Shown here: piece after piece, positions 27,260 through 40,630 of the stretch | How positions within the stretch are numbered: position 1 is the stretch's first letter | Layout of the letters: every line of letters starts with the position of its first letter | The notes under the pieces: model-generated | What the model saw: only the letters and a program-made list of their open reading frames with translations | What the model was told of the DNA's origin: nothing | Databases searched by the model: none | Translations under genes and position numbers: made by a program | Source: Octopus bimaculoides | Lineage: Eukaryota | Direction: 5' to 3' | Assembly (NCBI RefSeq): GCF_001194135.2 | Contig: NC_068981.1 | Location: forward strand, 170,918,546 to 170,971,718 | DNA length: 53,173 bases

Positions 27260-28025
27260 CAGTAATCTCATTAAATGCATTAAAAGAGAGTGTGAATTGT
27301 TACATTAAGACTCCCCTTCTGAGCATATCAAGTGAACATTGATATTAATCATGTTAATTCATACTGCGAAAATTTGCAGTTGTACATACCAGTTAGGAAA
27401 AATACCTTGAGGACATTTGTTACTAAACCAACCTTCCTTCAACATAAATTTCACATAATTCTTGTGTCCGTGTGTATAGTAACTCCAATGATGTCACAGA
27501 CAGCGATGCACATAGCAGCATGTCGACATGTTATCTTGTATATTGCAAGAGAAAATTGCTTTTAAGTAATTAGAGCCGATATCGCTTTAAGGGAAACTGT
27601 AATAAACATGAATCAGTTGCCGAAAGTAATGCATTAAAAAAATAAAGGAAAATAGAAAAAATGATGAGGGAAAAAATGGAAATTTAAGGATACATAGAAC
27701 GTATTGTTTAGAATGTCAGCCTTATCTAATCATTAAGGTATTTCATTCTCAGTTCTTCTGAATGAATATATTTAAATATATATTACTACCGAGAATTTGC
27801 ATCACACATTTAAGGTACTTGGTAATAATATAAAAGCAGAATGTAGAGAATTGAATTGAAGGTTATGTGATTTGTAGGACGCGGAGTATTTTATTGTTTG
27901 CCAAAAGAATGTTTCCTTATATGCATATTCGAGTGTGCAAGTGTTGGTACTTATGTATATAAATACATAAATATCTGTATGTATCTAAGCATAAATATAT
28001 CCTATATATTTAAACATGTAATGAA

Positions 28026-28225
<200 letters not shown>

Positions 28226-28994
28226 TACATATAGACATACAGATATACATATTTATATGCATGTATGTCTCATGCAACTGTTATTTTCATTGAATAACTT
28301 TATTTTGCTTCCAACGTATTTGGCCGAAATATGAATTCGCTTCCAATTTCTGAAGCCTTTAAATATATAAATGCAACTCAATTTCATAAAATGATTTAAG
28401 TAATCTACTCTACATGACATATGCAAGCAAGTTATTATTATTTTTTTATTTTTTTTTAGTATACGATTAATTTATTCTCCAGGTAGTTGAATGTTTCAAT
28501 TATTTCCCTACGTTCCAACCGGTTTCATCAGGTCTGCATCGCTAAATGAACTGAATGTTTGATGACTGTCTAGTGTCTCATTTTACGATGAAATTTTAAG
28601 CGTTTTGGTCCTTGTCTAATTCCTTGGCACCTATCATTAAATCAATACGGAATAATTAGTTTATATAGTGTACATAATGAGATTCTGTACGAAGTGTCAG
28701 GTAAATGGCTCAGTGAAGGCCACTAATAACTGATAATTTAGGGAAATAATCTAATTACGGTTGATTAGTATATGTTTCAAAGTCACATAGCATTCCCTTA
28801 CTGCTATCATTTTTCATTTAACTCACGAGAGCTTCGTTGATGGTCACTGAGATGTGTCGGTGTGTTATGCTGGCGTGGTTCCAAATACATAATTAATGAA
28901 AATAGTCTCAGCTCTAGTTAATTGTTGAAAAATAAGATTACATATTATTCACTGACTAACATCAAAATTGTTTTTTTTTATAAAATCCATTGTC

Positions 28995-28995
28995 T

Positions 28996-29065
<70 letters not shown>

Positions 29066-29180
29066 GAGTCTGTCTCACATACACTTCTCCTTCCACAGAC
29101 ACACACATGCACACACACACACACTCTCTCTTTCTCTCTCTATCTATCTATCTATCTACCTATATATATATATATATATA

Positions 29181-29253
<73 letters not shown>
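28995..29253. repeat. Compound (CT)(CA)(TATC)(TA)(ATT)(TG) microsatellite
   Basis: Direct reading. Confidence 0.95.
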
Positions 29254-29255
<2 letters not shown>

Positions 29256-29483
29256 TTCTTTTCTTTCTCTAATATCCGAGATGACAGTATCTTCTGCGCA
29301 TGGAAAGATCTGAGAGATACATCAACCATGCGTTTCTTAATAGGCACATATGCAAAACCGTATACATTTGCACAATTATATTTGCACAGTAATCGATACA
29401 GATACACACACAGATACATACATACATACATACATACATAAATACATACATACATACATACATACATACATACATACATACAT

Positions 29484-30075
29484 GTGAAAAGGGGGAGAAC
29501 TATAAACCAGACTAGCAACATGTCCATCAATGATTTGACTGTTTCCCCTATATCTGACGAGGAATGTTAGAAGTATCTAGTGGTGAATGAAAACATGTCT
29601 TACAATGGCACTTGTAACAAAACACGTGTCACTAAAGAATATTTACAGCCGAATAAAGAAAATTTGAACTTAAGAACTCTCTGCATTCAATAAAACAGTG
29701 GCCCAAAATGTGTTTGCAGTGCCAGTACTCGCACCAACATTTGGGCTGCTTGATTAGAGGCTTGATGAGATCTGTGCCATTGATGTGAAAACCCGAGAAA
29801 TACAAACAAGCACACATAATTTTCACAGAAACAGTGACGTAGACCGCCTCTACCTCACGCGAAAACAAGGCGGCAGAGGCTTAATATCGATTCAAAATGC
29901 CTTTGACTGCGGTATCATACCCCTTCGGCAACACCTTTTAACCACTAAGTGTCGAAGCGTATCCCTTGACCAAGTTTGCATACATGAGGCTGATAAAATC
30001 ATAAGGTATGGAAGGCAGCTCCTTCAGCAACATTCCTTGTCTGATAGCTTAGAATACATGTCCAAATAAGTCGCA
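29484..30075 (+). mobile_element. R4/Dong-clade (RLE-type) non-LTR retrotransposon fragment, post-RT region
   Basis: KYL...NENMSYNG..NKTRVTKEY..RIKKI*T*ELSAFNKTVAQNVFAVPVL.PTFG.LD*..DEI.AIDVKTRE...HRNSDVDRLYLTRKQGGRGLISI, which is the R4/Dong signature 'DRLY..R..GGRGL'. Confidence 0.8.
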
Positions 30076-30540
30076 TCCTTTTCAATAGTTGTTGACTCTG
30101 TCCGCTATCAGAGCTACAAAAAGAACCCACATCTGATAACGGACAGAAACAACGACTATTGAAAAGATTGCAAGACGCAACGAAAATTTTAGAAAACTAG
30201 GTAAGTAAATGAGTTAAATCGAACCGGTGAGTGTATTAAGTTATAAAGCACTAAAAGAAAATAACTCTCTCCAGACAATAAACTATGCTTCAACACACGA
30301 ATTCGCAGAAACAATCTTCCAAACCAAATACAGAAACGAAATATATCTGTCAGCTTTCTTGGAAGAGATAGACTGCTACTGTATCATGCTTCATGCAGTT
30401 GGATATAATAACAACATTTATGTTAGTCACATTATTGATAGGGAGAGAGAGTCAAATAGACTGACAGACTAGCAGACAGACAGAGAGTCATACAGTGTCA
30501 GAGATTGTATGAGTGTGACTGTGATTTTGTGTATAGCTAG

Positions 30541-30585
<45 letters not shown>

Positions 30586-33500
30586 CATATTATATAACGC
30601 ATACATATACGTCGTTAGTTTTTCTTTTAAGTTTACATCCTTTATAAACCGGTATCATCACATGCGTATTATTAAGATTTAGAAACAATGCAACAAATGA
30701 GCCAAAATAAAGGAGACGTAGAATAGATGTGTGTTTCGTGATCGAATGCGAATTTAGTACAGCGTCTCCTAGAAAGAAGGATTATGAATATTTTCTACAT
30801 TACAGGATGAGTTAATAAACCGTTATGTTTATAAATAAACTGATATTTTTGTTGGGTTGCGATTATAGTAAAACATTCCCCTGTATTCATCTTAAATGAA
30901 TTAATCTGACATTATATGGTTAATTCAAAATAGCTAAGGTGTTTTGTTATATTTTTTTTTATCATTTAATCAATGAAAGAACTGCTGTATCCTTTCACCA
31001 TGTGACTGGTAACAGCAAACGGCAAATAGGTGATTGAAAAGCTTCCTCTATAGTATACTTAACTAAATGCAATCAGAATCTTGGCTCTATATATTTGAAA
31101 TCCTACATGATATGTGATATTTCTGACGATGAGTAACATCATATCTTGACCACTACAATCAAGTATGTAAAAATTTCATTTCATATTTTCTACATATTTC
31201 AAACATACATTTTAATAATTTAACATCGTTGTTTTCAAAATTTTATTTAACTTAAATGCTTAGTTCATGTGTTTAAAATTAAATATACATGAACAACAAT
31301 ATCTGCAGCAGAAGATTGACACAAGTTTGAATATTTTAGTTCCCTACTTTAACTATCCTCCAAATTAAAACGGGAAAATGAAAGTCGGAAAACAAGGGTA
31401 CTTACAAGATTTGCTTATATTGCTTTTCTAAATGGTATCTGATTAGCAATTTGCAGTAAATGTGACACTTTCTTACATATGGATTGAGTTATGGGTAGGA
31501 GATTTATTGTTAGATATTTTTGTATTACTAAAGTAGAAATACGGAGCATTCTAAACATTTTCAATTGAAACTTTCTACATCCAGCATATATATCAAGTCT
31601 ATATGTGGATTTAATTGTTTAAAAGAATTTCAAAGTATCAGTAAACTTCTCTAATAATTTTCTGCCAAGTAACATAAACTGTAAATACAATTTGCTGTTT
31701 ATATTTATAATAGGAAATATCCTCACGGCAGCGCACAATTATGAAAGTCAGTGTAGATTTAGCAATTTATAGAAGAAACAAATGTCAATAAGTTATTGTT
31801 ATGTGTCAAAATATAAATTGCATGATTTACTCTACATAACCCATTGAAAATTTTCAAATTTCAACTTGTTGCAATTTACATCTTTGTTGCATCAACATCT
31901 TTCATAGATCTTCCAGTTTATTGAGTTAATCTTCTGATATGCTCGATATTTTCACGCCAGAAATTGGAATGTAACTGCAGAAACCTGAAGGAGAATTTCA
32001 GTTTCATATCAAAACATGTTTATGTCGATTATTCCATCAATGCAAAACAAAACTAGGCTTGGTAGGCAATTAGTTACAAGCAAAAATACAAAATATTTTT
32101 TACATATAAACACTTCGTTTAAGCTAATTTTTCTAAGGAAATAAATGAAACATTTTAAGATACCTATCATGTACAAAGATAATAAAATTTAACGAAAAAA
32201 TCTTTGGCGTATACTACAAATAAAATTTATGTTGTAAATTCAATAATTTATTCATATACACATATGCATACATATATGTATATGTGTGGTGTGGGGTGAT
32301 AGATATACATACATATACGTGCTTATAAAAGCAGCCTACCAAATAACACACGCGCAAACACATACATACGGAAACATAATTAAATACATACATATGTATA
32401 AAGTAATATATGTGTGTGTATGTGTCTGTGTGTGTATGCATGTTTGTGTTTGCGTGTGTGTGTGCGCGCGTGTGTGTGTGTGCGTGTGCGTGCGTGCGCG
32501 CGTGCGTGTGTTTGTGTGTGTATAAATGAGTATACGTGTATATGCGTGTATATAGTTTTAATGACTTTGAAATGAATCAGATTTCAACTGAAAATAACAC
32601 CATGAAAAGCATAAAGGAATATTAATTTACCTGGCTTCTATTTATTTGCATATTAGGTTTATAATGCGCAGATCTACTAATGCAATATTCATGTTCTACG
32701 TTTATTTATTCATTCAGGTATCTGTTTTATTTCGTTTGTTCCCTGAATTGATTCTATCTTCAAGAAACGGAAAAATCGTTTACAATTTACTAACGAATAA
32801 ATACAGTCTCCATATATCTCGCTCTTGGTCTCTCTTTCTCACCGTCCTTCTTTCTAACACTCATCGTCACTCTCTTCATGTATATGTGTGTATATGTGTG
32901 TGTATGTTTGTGTGTGTGTACGTATGCATGTATGCATGGGGTATATATTTGTATATGTAAGTATATTACGTATATTTATGTGTGTGTGTGGTATGTATAT
33001 ATATTAGATAGCTAGCTAGATAGACAGATAGATACATACATAGGCAAGTTACAAACATACATAATGCATACATATAACTATGTGTTTATATATAAATATA
33101 TGTAGGTGCGTGTGCACGTTTTGTTTGCGATTCTTTCGTGAATGCATGCTTGTGTATGATAACCTGTCTTTATCTGAAGAAATATATACAAATTAGTAAA
33201 TTTTGTGTTATATATCTGTATACAGTGTAAACAAAAGGTGCAAATTATATTTTACTGTGTTTAATTTAACCGGCTAACTTATATATGTGTATATGTGTAT
33301 TAGACACACATTCTTCTACGATTTTTAATGCGCTCGTACCCAACATATACATATATAAAACATTCGCATATTTTTACTTATTTATATATTTATTTACTTG
33401 TATCTATAACGAACGACATTCATTTATTTCAATAGCTGAGGTCGGAAAGGCGTTTGAATAAAACTTGAATACGGATATTGTAAATATAGTTGGCAAACAT

Positions 33501-34314
33501 ATTATTACCTCTAATAATACTATGTAATATAGCAGTGTGTTGTGAATGTAAATATTTTCGGTTAGATCAATTTGTATATTTTGTGTTAATACTTCTTGCT
33601 AACTTACATTTTTATTCTTTTGTCATACGTTTTGTATTTTCTATTTTCTTTTTTTTTTACTTGAATGAATATATAAATGACAAAGTTTAATAAAAATAAA
33701 ACTTGCAAGAAATTTAATCAACGATATTTATAAAGATAAATAATAAAATACACCAGCGCATTTTATACATGGAATCGATAAAAGAAAAAGGAATATACGC
33801 AAATCGTTCAATAAAAGGTTTCGTTGGTATTAAATTGAAATCCCATTTTATATCATGCGACAAGATTTGTAACGATTTCGTTTCTCTTTTCTGGAATACG
33901 AATCTTAATGGATATAGGGAGCAAGGTGTAAAATAAGAAAAAATATCAAACAGTGCTGATATCAGAAAGTATCCTGGTAACTGCTCGAAAAAAAAAAATG
34001 GAAAAAACATGTATTTATAAGTTTATTTATTTTTGCCCGTTCAGGTACGATCTTACGAGAAACATAATAGTGAATGTGCTATTATCTGAAGATATGAACT
34101 TCTTTTAGGACAACACTTTGTTATTCTCCAGTTTTAAGCCATTTATTTATTGGATGAATAGTGGGCGTTACCATTTTATGTGTATGTACATGTGTATGCG
34201 TACATGTATATGTTCGGGCACCTTATAAAACGAGTTTTGCTAGTAAATAGTGCAGCTATAGGATTTTCAGTTTATAACGAGACATTAACTACACAGTTTT
34301 AACATTGATTTCTC

Positions 34315-34340
34315 TCCCCCTCTCTCTCTCTCTATCTCTC

Positions 34341-34383
<43 letters not shown>

Positions 34384-34394
34384 CTCTCTCTCTC

Positions 34395-34435
<41 letters not shown>
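34315..34435. repeat. (CT)n/(TATC)n/(TA)n microsatellite
   Basis: Direct reading. Confidence 0.95.
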
Positions 34436-34439
<4 letters not shown>

Positions 34440-34510
34440 TTTGTGAGTAGGTGAGATGTGTGTATGCGTATATGCATAGTTTCAGTGAAGCATTGTGTTA
34501 TGTTAAATAT

Positions 34511-34720
34511 TCTTTTCTATTCTAGGCACAAGTCCCGAAATTTTGGGGTAGGGGACCAGTAGATTAGATCGACCACAGTACGCAACTGTGGTCGATCTTT
34601 TATCGATCCCGAAAGGATGAAAGCAAAGTCGACCTCGGCGGAATTTGAACTCAGAACGTAAAGACAGACGGAATACTGCTGAGAATTTCACCCGGTGTGC
34701 TAACGATTCTGTTAGCTCGG
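34511..34720 (-). mobile_element. Octopus tRNA-derived SINE (family B)
   Basis: gatcttttatcgatcccgaaaggatgaaagcaaagtcgacctcggcggaatttgaactcagaacgtaaagacagacggaatac...gtgctaacgattc is the reverse complement of the family B consensus. Confidence 0.9.
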
Positions 34721-35087
34721 GGCCTGTGTCATACTAAATATTACATTAAAACTTGTTATAGGTGAGATGATGCAAGATAAAAAATACAAAAGTGAAAATA
34801 GAAAAACAGTTGTAATTTGATCTTGTATTTCTTCAGTATTTCGAATCATATTCATCAGAGCATTTGGAACAATTTCTCAACGTGTTCTTCTGAAGTGGAT
34901 CGAATCTCAGAATGTCGAAGAAAATACAATGTAAAACTTCAACACTTGTTAGATGTCCAATTTTGTAATTCTCTTATGTTTCACACTTTTGACTTTAAGT
35001 TCTAATCTTATATACATACATACATACATACATACATACATACATACACACACACATATATATATTCATATATATATAAATATATAG

Positions 35088-35134
<47 letters not shown>

Positions 35135-35151
35135 NNNNNNNNNNNNNNNNN

Positions 35152-35213
<62 letters not shown>

Positions 35214-35231
35214 GCGTGTGTGTGTGTGTGT

Positions 35232-36322
35232 GTGCCCTCACTGTGTGGTTTCAGATCAAGTCGTGGCACAATGGACATGATTTTCTTCTGCTCGTCAACT
35301 TCAGGAGAAATGCATCGAACATTACATGGTCTTTACCAGATTTTTGTCGATTTAACAAAAGCCTTCGACACTGTTAATAGGACCGTTCTCTGGACCATTC
35401 TAGGTAAACTTGGATGTCCACCTCAATTCGTCAGCTTGTTTAAGCAACTTCATAGTGATATGAAAGCTCGTCTTAAATTCAATGGGTCACTATCGAAACC
35501 AATTTCTTTCGATATCGGAGTTAAACAAGGTGATTTTGTTGCTCCAACACTTTTTTCCATATATTTTGCTGTAACTGTCTTGCACGCTTTCCAATACTGT
35601 GATATCGGTGTCTACATTCGCAGAATCGCAGGTAAGGTCTTTGATGTTAAATGCTTTAATGCAAAGTCGAATATATTCCAGGCCCTTGTTCGAGAGCTCC
35701 TTTATACTGTTGATGTAGTCCTCGTTGCTCACACCGAGGAGTGCATACAGGCTATATTGTATCTCTTCTCTAGAGTTTGTATTGCTTTTGGACTTACCAC
35801 CAGTCTAAAGAAAACAAAGATCATGTTCTCACAGCCACTAGGCCAACCCTATGTGGAACCTAACATCTTCGTCCAGGGTTCAAGATTAGATGTGGTTGAC
35901 TTGTTCATCTACCTTAGTAGCACTCTAGAGATGGATCCCTTGATTCTGAAATAAACCTGACAATTGAAAAAGCCAGAAGAGCATTTGGAGGGCTTGAAAA
36001 TCGTGTGTGGACTGATAGAGGTATCACCTTCAAAACCAAGCTTAGTATCTATGAATCTTGCATTTTAACGCTTCTCCAGTAATCTTCTGAAACCTGGACG
36101 ACATATCGGCGCCATATCAAGGCTTAAGAAAGATTCCTCCAGACTTCTCCAAGCAGGATACAAACATCAAATGGAAGTCTTTAACACCACACACCGTTGT
36201 TCTTCAACAAGCCGACACATCCAGTATTGACAAGATCTTCATACAGAATCAAATGCGTTGGGTTGGGCACCTTGCTAGGATTCAGGAGGACAAGTTGCCA
36301 AAGCAGTTGCATTGTTGCAAAC
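35232..36322 (+). mobile_element. RTE-clade (BovB-like) LINE reverse transcriptase fragment, pseudogenised
   Basis: CGFRSSRGTMDMIF, IFVDLTKAFDTVNR..LW.IL.KLGCP, GVKQGDFVAPTLFSIYF, RELLYTVDVVL (decayed YADD), KKTKIM, then after frameshifts AFGGLENRVW..RGI..KTKLSIY, SETWTTYRRH, QMRWVGHLARI.EDKLPKQL. Confidence 0.95.
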
Positions 36323-36529
36323 ATATAGGTCTAGATGTATAAATCATTGCACATAACTACATATGTGTGGTTATATATTCACATATACGGTTATATGTTT
36401 ATATTAATTACACATGCAAATATGCTTATCTATACAATTCGTAGGAACAATCGGCAGGAACATACAATTGGTAGGAACACTAATCACCATTACTCGGCTC
36501 TCTATGAAGTAATAGACAATGTAATAAGC

Positions 36530-36962
36530 TGTTCAAGAATTTTTATATTTTCATTCGTCCGGAATGTCGACGGTCGTTCTGAACGAGGTTGGCCTTCAAA
36601 CGACAAGTGACCATTCCTAATGCGTGGAACCATTTGTAAGCATGTGTTTTCCCCATGGCAGCATCCATGTAGGCTGTCTGAAGCATGACAACTGTTTCGG
36701 TCGCCGTTTCCTCCTAGCAGAAAACAGAATTTTACGGAAGCACACTGTTCCTTCGTTTCAGCCATTGCAAAAATCGACGAACAGGGGAGAAACACTGCAA
36801 AACAAAGACGCACTGCGTGGCAGTACGACTACACCCGACGACGCCGGTCGGCAGACTGATGCCTGAGAATTGCATCAAGTGGTTTTCAGCGGCGAAAGCT
36901 TGAACTACAAAGGGCTTGTCCAACAGAGAGCATTTCGAGTTACTTTTGGGTACACCTTCGCA
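36530..36962 (-). mobile_element. Mariner element, 5' TIR plus transposase N-terminal fragment
   Basis: TIR-like cgaaggtgtacccaaaagtaactcgaaat. MAETKEQCASVKFCFLLG..., then frameshifted, FEGQPRSERPSTFRTNENI (mariner HTH 'EQR..IKFC..LG' and 'D.PRSGRP'). Confidence 0.85.
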
Positions 36963-37551
36963 TTTATGTTTTATATATGTATCACTTTCCCTCTGTGTAT
37001 ATGTGCATATGTGTGTGTGTGTCTACCTGTCTGCCTGTCTGTATGTATCTGAGTTTGTTTGTGTGAGTGTATAGAATTTCAGGCTACAATATCATTAAAT
37101 CATTGATAATTTGCAAAATATGTATATATTAATTAATTACAAATGTCTCAGGGTCTTATGTAAATAAGCACGTAGTTAATATATAATCTATATATGTACA
37201 TGAGAAAATTAATATCGCATCAAATTACTTGTTCTTAATATTATTGACTATTTATTTCGTACAGTATTCCTCCTTGTAATGGAATGACAACATAGTATGT
37301 CGGTATAGATATTTATATGCGTATGGTTGCACGTGTGTGCGTGTGTGTTGTGCTATCCTAACCACACTTTATCGATCACATATTGTGAAAAAAATTACAT
37401 ATGTAATGTTCACAGACCTTGGATCACCACATTGTTGATAATATGCAAGAGTACATGAGGCAAAGTGCTTGATTTTAACTAATAACTACTCCTTAATGAA
37501 GGAATTAGTGCTATGATGCCCAGAAAATCTGAACTGCTCCTGTCTATACTA

Positions 37552-38394
37552 TAGTGTGGCCCAAAAGTAACTGAGGGTTTGCAATCTTTGATAATTCTTT
37601 TATTTTTGACCGTTTTTTTTTTTCAGGGATTTTATGAATTAGGTCCTGGAAATTAATTATGGAAAAATATGACACCGCACAACGTACCCAAACGGTAAAA
37701 TAGTTCTATCAAAACCAGGGGTCAATTATTCAAATCCAGAGAGCACTAAAGACAATTGCACTCCATAAATTGTACAGTATCGTGTGCAATTACGGTGGAT
37801 GAGATAATCGGACCTTATTTCTTTCAGGACGATGAAAACAATGCTGTCAATGCGACTGGTCAGCGGTACAGGTCTATCATCGAGAACTTGTTGGGCCCGG
37901 CCATTCAAAATAGGCTCGATATATAGTTCCAACAAGATGAGGCAACTGCTCATACTGCAAGACAGACGATATAGTTGCTGAGGCAATATTTCGGAGTAAG
38001 AATTATCTCTCGCTAATGTGATGACAACTGGTCCAACCCTGGTCCAGATTGATCAACCCTGACTTGTGGGATTCCTAAAGAAGGTTTATTCCAACACACC
38101 AGGAACCCTGGAGCAATTGAAGGAGAATATCACTAGAGAAATCAGTGAACTGGACCCTGAAACCCTTACTGATGTCATGGAACACATTTTGAAAAGTGCA
38201 TGGATGTGTGAAGCTGAAAATGGATGTCATTTAAAATATATCATTTTTCATACGAAATGCAGAGTCATGATGAAAAAGGACTAATGCAAATTAATCTCCA
38301 TTATCTCCTCTATATTGAATTAACATTTCATATACCAATTTCTAAAAGTGAGTTATAAAAAAGTAAATTCCCCAGTGACTTTTGGGCTATCCTG
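37552..38394 (+). mobile_element. Internally deleted Tc1/mariner element (rosa/DD41D-like transposase relic) with both TIRs
   Basis: TIRs TAGTGTGGCCCAAAAGTAACTG and revcomp CAGGATAGCCCAAAAGTCACTG (17/22 match), with TA on the left. Transposase relic IIGPYFFQDDENNAVNATGQRYRSII...FQQDEATAHTARQT...IISR...WGFLKKVYSNTPGTLEQLKENITREI. Confidence 0.88.
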
Positions 38395-38429
38395 TGCATA
38401 TTCCGTACAATAACAATATGGAAACTATC

Positions 38430-38830
38430 TAAACTGACAGGCATTGATTCTCTTGAGTTAATTTGTCCTTAGGTTATATTTTTCATTTTTGCTAAACGTT
38501 CAGCTATTATCTTAGTGTTCAACATTCATCTATCTTGCGAAACAAGTTTAACGGTGTTGCCAACATCACCAGCAACTCCACCGTAAGCAGGTTTTTACTG
38601 GATCATCCTAATTATTTGACATTAGGAATATAAGCTCTGCACAATACTTAGGCAATGGATATTTCCAAAGCTTACACTTTGGCCAATGGACTACGACGAC
38701 GTTCTCCGAAGAACATTTTTGTTGAGATGTAGAGGTAAGCAATTCAAGCAACAGAAGGTCATATAGTCGAACAAATGTCAAACCTATGGTTTACCTTAAT
38801 ATTTAGGGCACGGGTAAGGTATGTCGCTGT
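38430..38830 (+). mobile_element. Highly decayed CR1/Jockey-type LINE RT fragment
   Basis: Ordered relics N*Q.LILLS (NYRPI.LLS), AMDISKAY (ALDISKAFD) and SNRR...IN.G...G (SNR..V...GVPQGS). Confidence 0.45.
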
Positions 38831-39168
38831 CTTCTTGTACACACAATTTACTGTTAACTAAAACGCTACAGATCTTTTAATAATTTCATAACATTATACT
38901 TCAAGTTTTGCATCTGTATAAATAAATCACTAGGACAACATTTAGAATTAAATTTCTATAGAAATAACATACAGTAAAGAACTTTTCAAATGGCTAAAGA
39001 AAGACTGAAAAATGAAGTGATAAAATGAAAGGCACTATTGGTGGAAATTTGAAAGAAGAGAACATTTTTGTATAAAACTTTGCAAAGTTTATTGTATTCA
39101 GAACAGTCTATTTTTATTATTTTATTCAAACTTCAACTCTGATATTTTACGTCGTGACTGACAATTCC

Positions 39169-39169
39169 A

Positions 39170-39233
<64 letters not shown>
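39169..39233. repeat. (CTA)n microsatellite
   Basis: Direct reading. Confidence 0.95.
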
Positions 39234-39792
39234 ATATTAATACTGCTACCAGAATTGTGCTGGAATATTTTGTAATGATTTTAAGTGTTTCAGATTTCTA
39301 TGAGGTATGTTTTCATGAAAGCTTGATTTAATTTTATTCTTTTAGTGAACTGGGCCAAAATAATAATCTACAATTAGGTAAACAATTAGATATATATNNN
39401 NNNNNNNNNNNNNNNNNNNNNNNNNNNNNNNNNNNNNNNNNNNNNNNNNNNNNNNNNNNNNNNNNNNNNNNNNNNNNNNNNNNNNNNNNNNNNNNNNNNN
39501 NNNNNNNNNNNNNNNNNNNNNNNNNACACAAAGTATGTTGTTAGTTTGTGGGCCGACTGCGGTTTTTAGGCATTAGAGAATATATTCTTTATAAGCCTGG
39601 TGTAAAAACAAAAACACCTCAAAGTAAGTCATAATCAAGCGTGACAACTCACGTAGGTTCCTTCTCGGAGCGACAGATGTTTCGTCACGATAAGAGCCGA
39701 TGTGAACTTTACGGATATAAATACAACTCTACCATTTGGTGCGTGCGTGCGTGCGTGTCTATGAATACTATATAATAATTAATAAAAGCCTA

Positions 39793-40005
39793 AGGCGGCG
39801 AAGTGGCAGAATCGTTAGCACGCCGAGCAAAATGCTTGGCAACATTTCATCCGTCTTTACGTTCTAAACCTAAATTCCACGGAGATGGGCCTTGCCTTTC
39901 GTCTTTTCAGGGTCGATATAACACCTACTAGTTGAGTACTGGGTTTAATTAAATTGACTTATGCCCGAAATAGATGGCCAAATAGCTGTGCCAAAATCTG
40001 AAGCC
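39793..40005 (+). mobile_element. Octopus tRNA-derived SINE (family B), full length
   Basis: aggcggcgaagtggcagaatcgttagcacgccg...tctttacgttct...gggtcgata...gtgccaaaatctgaagcc. Confidence 0.85.
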
Positions 40006-40540
40006 AATAATTATTAAATACCTAAGAACCTTACTGATGTCTCACGAGAAAAAATATTTCATGGACCTCCATTAATAGGAATAAAACCTGATAATAATTT
40101 AAAGTTTGGGTCCTGTGGTCTGCTTAATATTTACATTGTACACATACATTTGCACGCGCGCTCACGAGCACATACACACACCATCACACACCATCACACA
40201 CGCACGCTGTCATGGAATTGTTGCAGAATAATATGAATGATTCTAATTCCAATAAAAGAAATGATTTATAAAGAGACTACACCATGTGCATGTTAATTGT
40301 TGCTTTCTATTATGCTATAATTAGATCTATATTCCATTAATGCGTTTAAGATATCGCTGTCGCTTCCGTTATTAACAGGAAAATACAACGTACAAAATAG
40401 GGAGTATGACATATACCTAATAAAATGTATTGATGAAAGAAATGCGTTTTGAATTGCGCATGGTACACACTACATATGTAAATATAAAGGTACGTATATG
40501 ATACACACTGCATATGTGCATATAACGGTACACTCATATA

Positions 40541-40630
40541 TACAGGGTGTTCAAAAAGTCTCTCCGCAGTGATTAATGTACTTAAGTTGAGGCATCAATT
40601 CAGTCCAGCATTATCCGTCCAGCTCGAAGT
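40541..40630 (+). mobile_element. Tc1/mariner-type terminal fragment (TIR)
   Basis: TA|CAGGGTGTTCAAAAAGTCTCTCCGCAGTG is a typical Tc1-like terminus. No partner TIR was found. Confidence 0.5.

Noticed and set aside
34838-34930. Plus-strand candidate exon (VFRIIFIRAFGTISQRVLLKWIESQNVEENT)
   Set aside because: Good acceptor but weak donor, no partner exons identified and no recognised homology.
35154-35954. 266-aa ORF as an active reverse transcriptase
   Set aside because: It starts in (TG)n, the catalytic YADD is decayed (YTVD), it is frameshifted downstream, and the endonuclease part is missing, so it is not functional.
38623-38735. Plus-strand 'exon' with a strong GAG|gtaagc donor
   Set aside because: Another frame carries AMDISKA in order with other LINE RT relics, so it is better explained as a decayed retrotransposon.
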